A stretch of DNA of 64,000 bases, from positions 129,394,001 to 129,458,000 of the forward strand of contig OX597815.1 of NCBI GenBank assembly GCA_951406725.2, in the 5' to 3' direction. This document shows positions 63,029 to 64,000 of this stretch, in pieces. The stretch's first letter is position 1; each line of letters begins with the position of its first letter. The translations under genes and the position numbers were made by a program. The notes beneath the pieces are model-generated. The model ran no database searches, was not told the origin of the DNA, and saw only the letters and a list, made by a program, of their open reading frames with translations. This DNA is from Octopus vulgaris. Taxonomy: Eukaryota.

Positions 63029-64000
63029 ACACTATCATTTTAATTTGTAGAAACAAAGGCAGTATATTTCAGTGTAAATCATCATCAGTAAATGTCTGCC
63101 TTCCATGCTGGCATGGGTTATATGATAACAAAAAGGTTAAACATAAAAAAATAGAGCACTACAATAGCCTAAACATCGAAATATATACAATATAAAGGTG
63201 AAATAGCAATGGATGATATACTGGACTGCCATCTCTTGTGTTTTATGTTCAAATCTACATAAACTTCCCAGACTGCATACAGAAAAGAATCATCTGATTG
63301 GTTGTCTTAAAGGTGCTCAGACATACTCCAGCCCCTAGCCTGCAACTCTTTGCTTCAGTGAATCCTTTCTGATCCATGCATGTATGAAAAAGTATATTAA
63401 AATGAAAACAATGATATTAAGAGTGGAGAACTGACCAAATTGTATTTGGTAAACTATGTGACAGTATTAAACAGCTACATAGCCATTGTTCAATATTATT
63501 GTAATTTCTGCTTTTTAAATATTTTGTTAATTGTCTTTATTAATGAAAGTTCAGACACAGACTGTTATAGTGAATGTTTTATTATCCAGTTTGTAAACTG
63601 TAATTGTAGAGTCCTGTTCCTGTTAGTGGTAATAAAGTATAACCAATCATTTTCTTAGAGACAAGTCAATCATTTCTACACATGCCCTACAAATTTGTGG
63701 TCCTGTGCCAAGTTAGAAATTACTGTTGCATTACAAAACAGAAAGATTAAAGTAAAAATTACATTAACATAAGCACAGGTTTTTTTTTCCTCTCTCTCCC
63801 AACTGAATATCACTACCCAGGCTGTAAAAAAAATATGGCAAACAATTATCTTGCTTTTACAATAAGTTCTTTGACTGCATCTTGAATTAACATTTTAACA
63901 AGAGGGTAGAAAGATAGGCAGACTACTTCTTTTTTTTTTTTTGCTCTTTTAACTTGTAATAAAATAACCCTCAGACAAGATATACTGAAGTGGCCAACTA

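Larger units (their letters stand above)
61239..63140. mobile_element. piggyBac-like MITE split by a 1.6-kb insertion
   Basis: TTAAcccttc left part 61239-61392; right part 63029-63140 ending aacaaaaaggTTAA. Confidence 0.55.

Overview
AT-rich, repeat-dense eukaryotic DNA. The SINE families and RTE tails suggest an octopod cephalopod (Octopus-like); this is an inference. No host protein-coding gene could be supported, so the window looks intronic or intergenic, and almost all short ORFs in the track come from microsatellites or SINEs. Supported content: (1) a young 5'-truncated RTE-clade LINE (10100-12170) whose RT carries an inserted PHD-type zinc finger and one nonsense codon; (2) an adjacent decayed Penelope-like element (RT + Cys linker + GIY-YIG) bounded by inverted pLTRs; (3) many tRNA-derived SINEs and RTE 3'-tail copies, plus old RTE fragments; (4) hAT, mariner, Tc2-like and piggyBac-like MITEs and a composite Helitron, often nested. 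The main hidden signal is nine type I hammerhead-ribozyme-like motifs from about seven apparently unrelated families. Six families have their own palindromic stem III, four have a long stem II, and two have a compensatory U3-A8 core. They include a 331-nt retrozyme-like unit (37.8-38.2 kb) and a ~650-bp near-perfect palindrome carrying two ribozymes with intact cores (54.4-55.05 kb). All calls were made by eye, and repeat boundaries are approximate.
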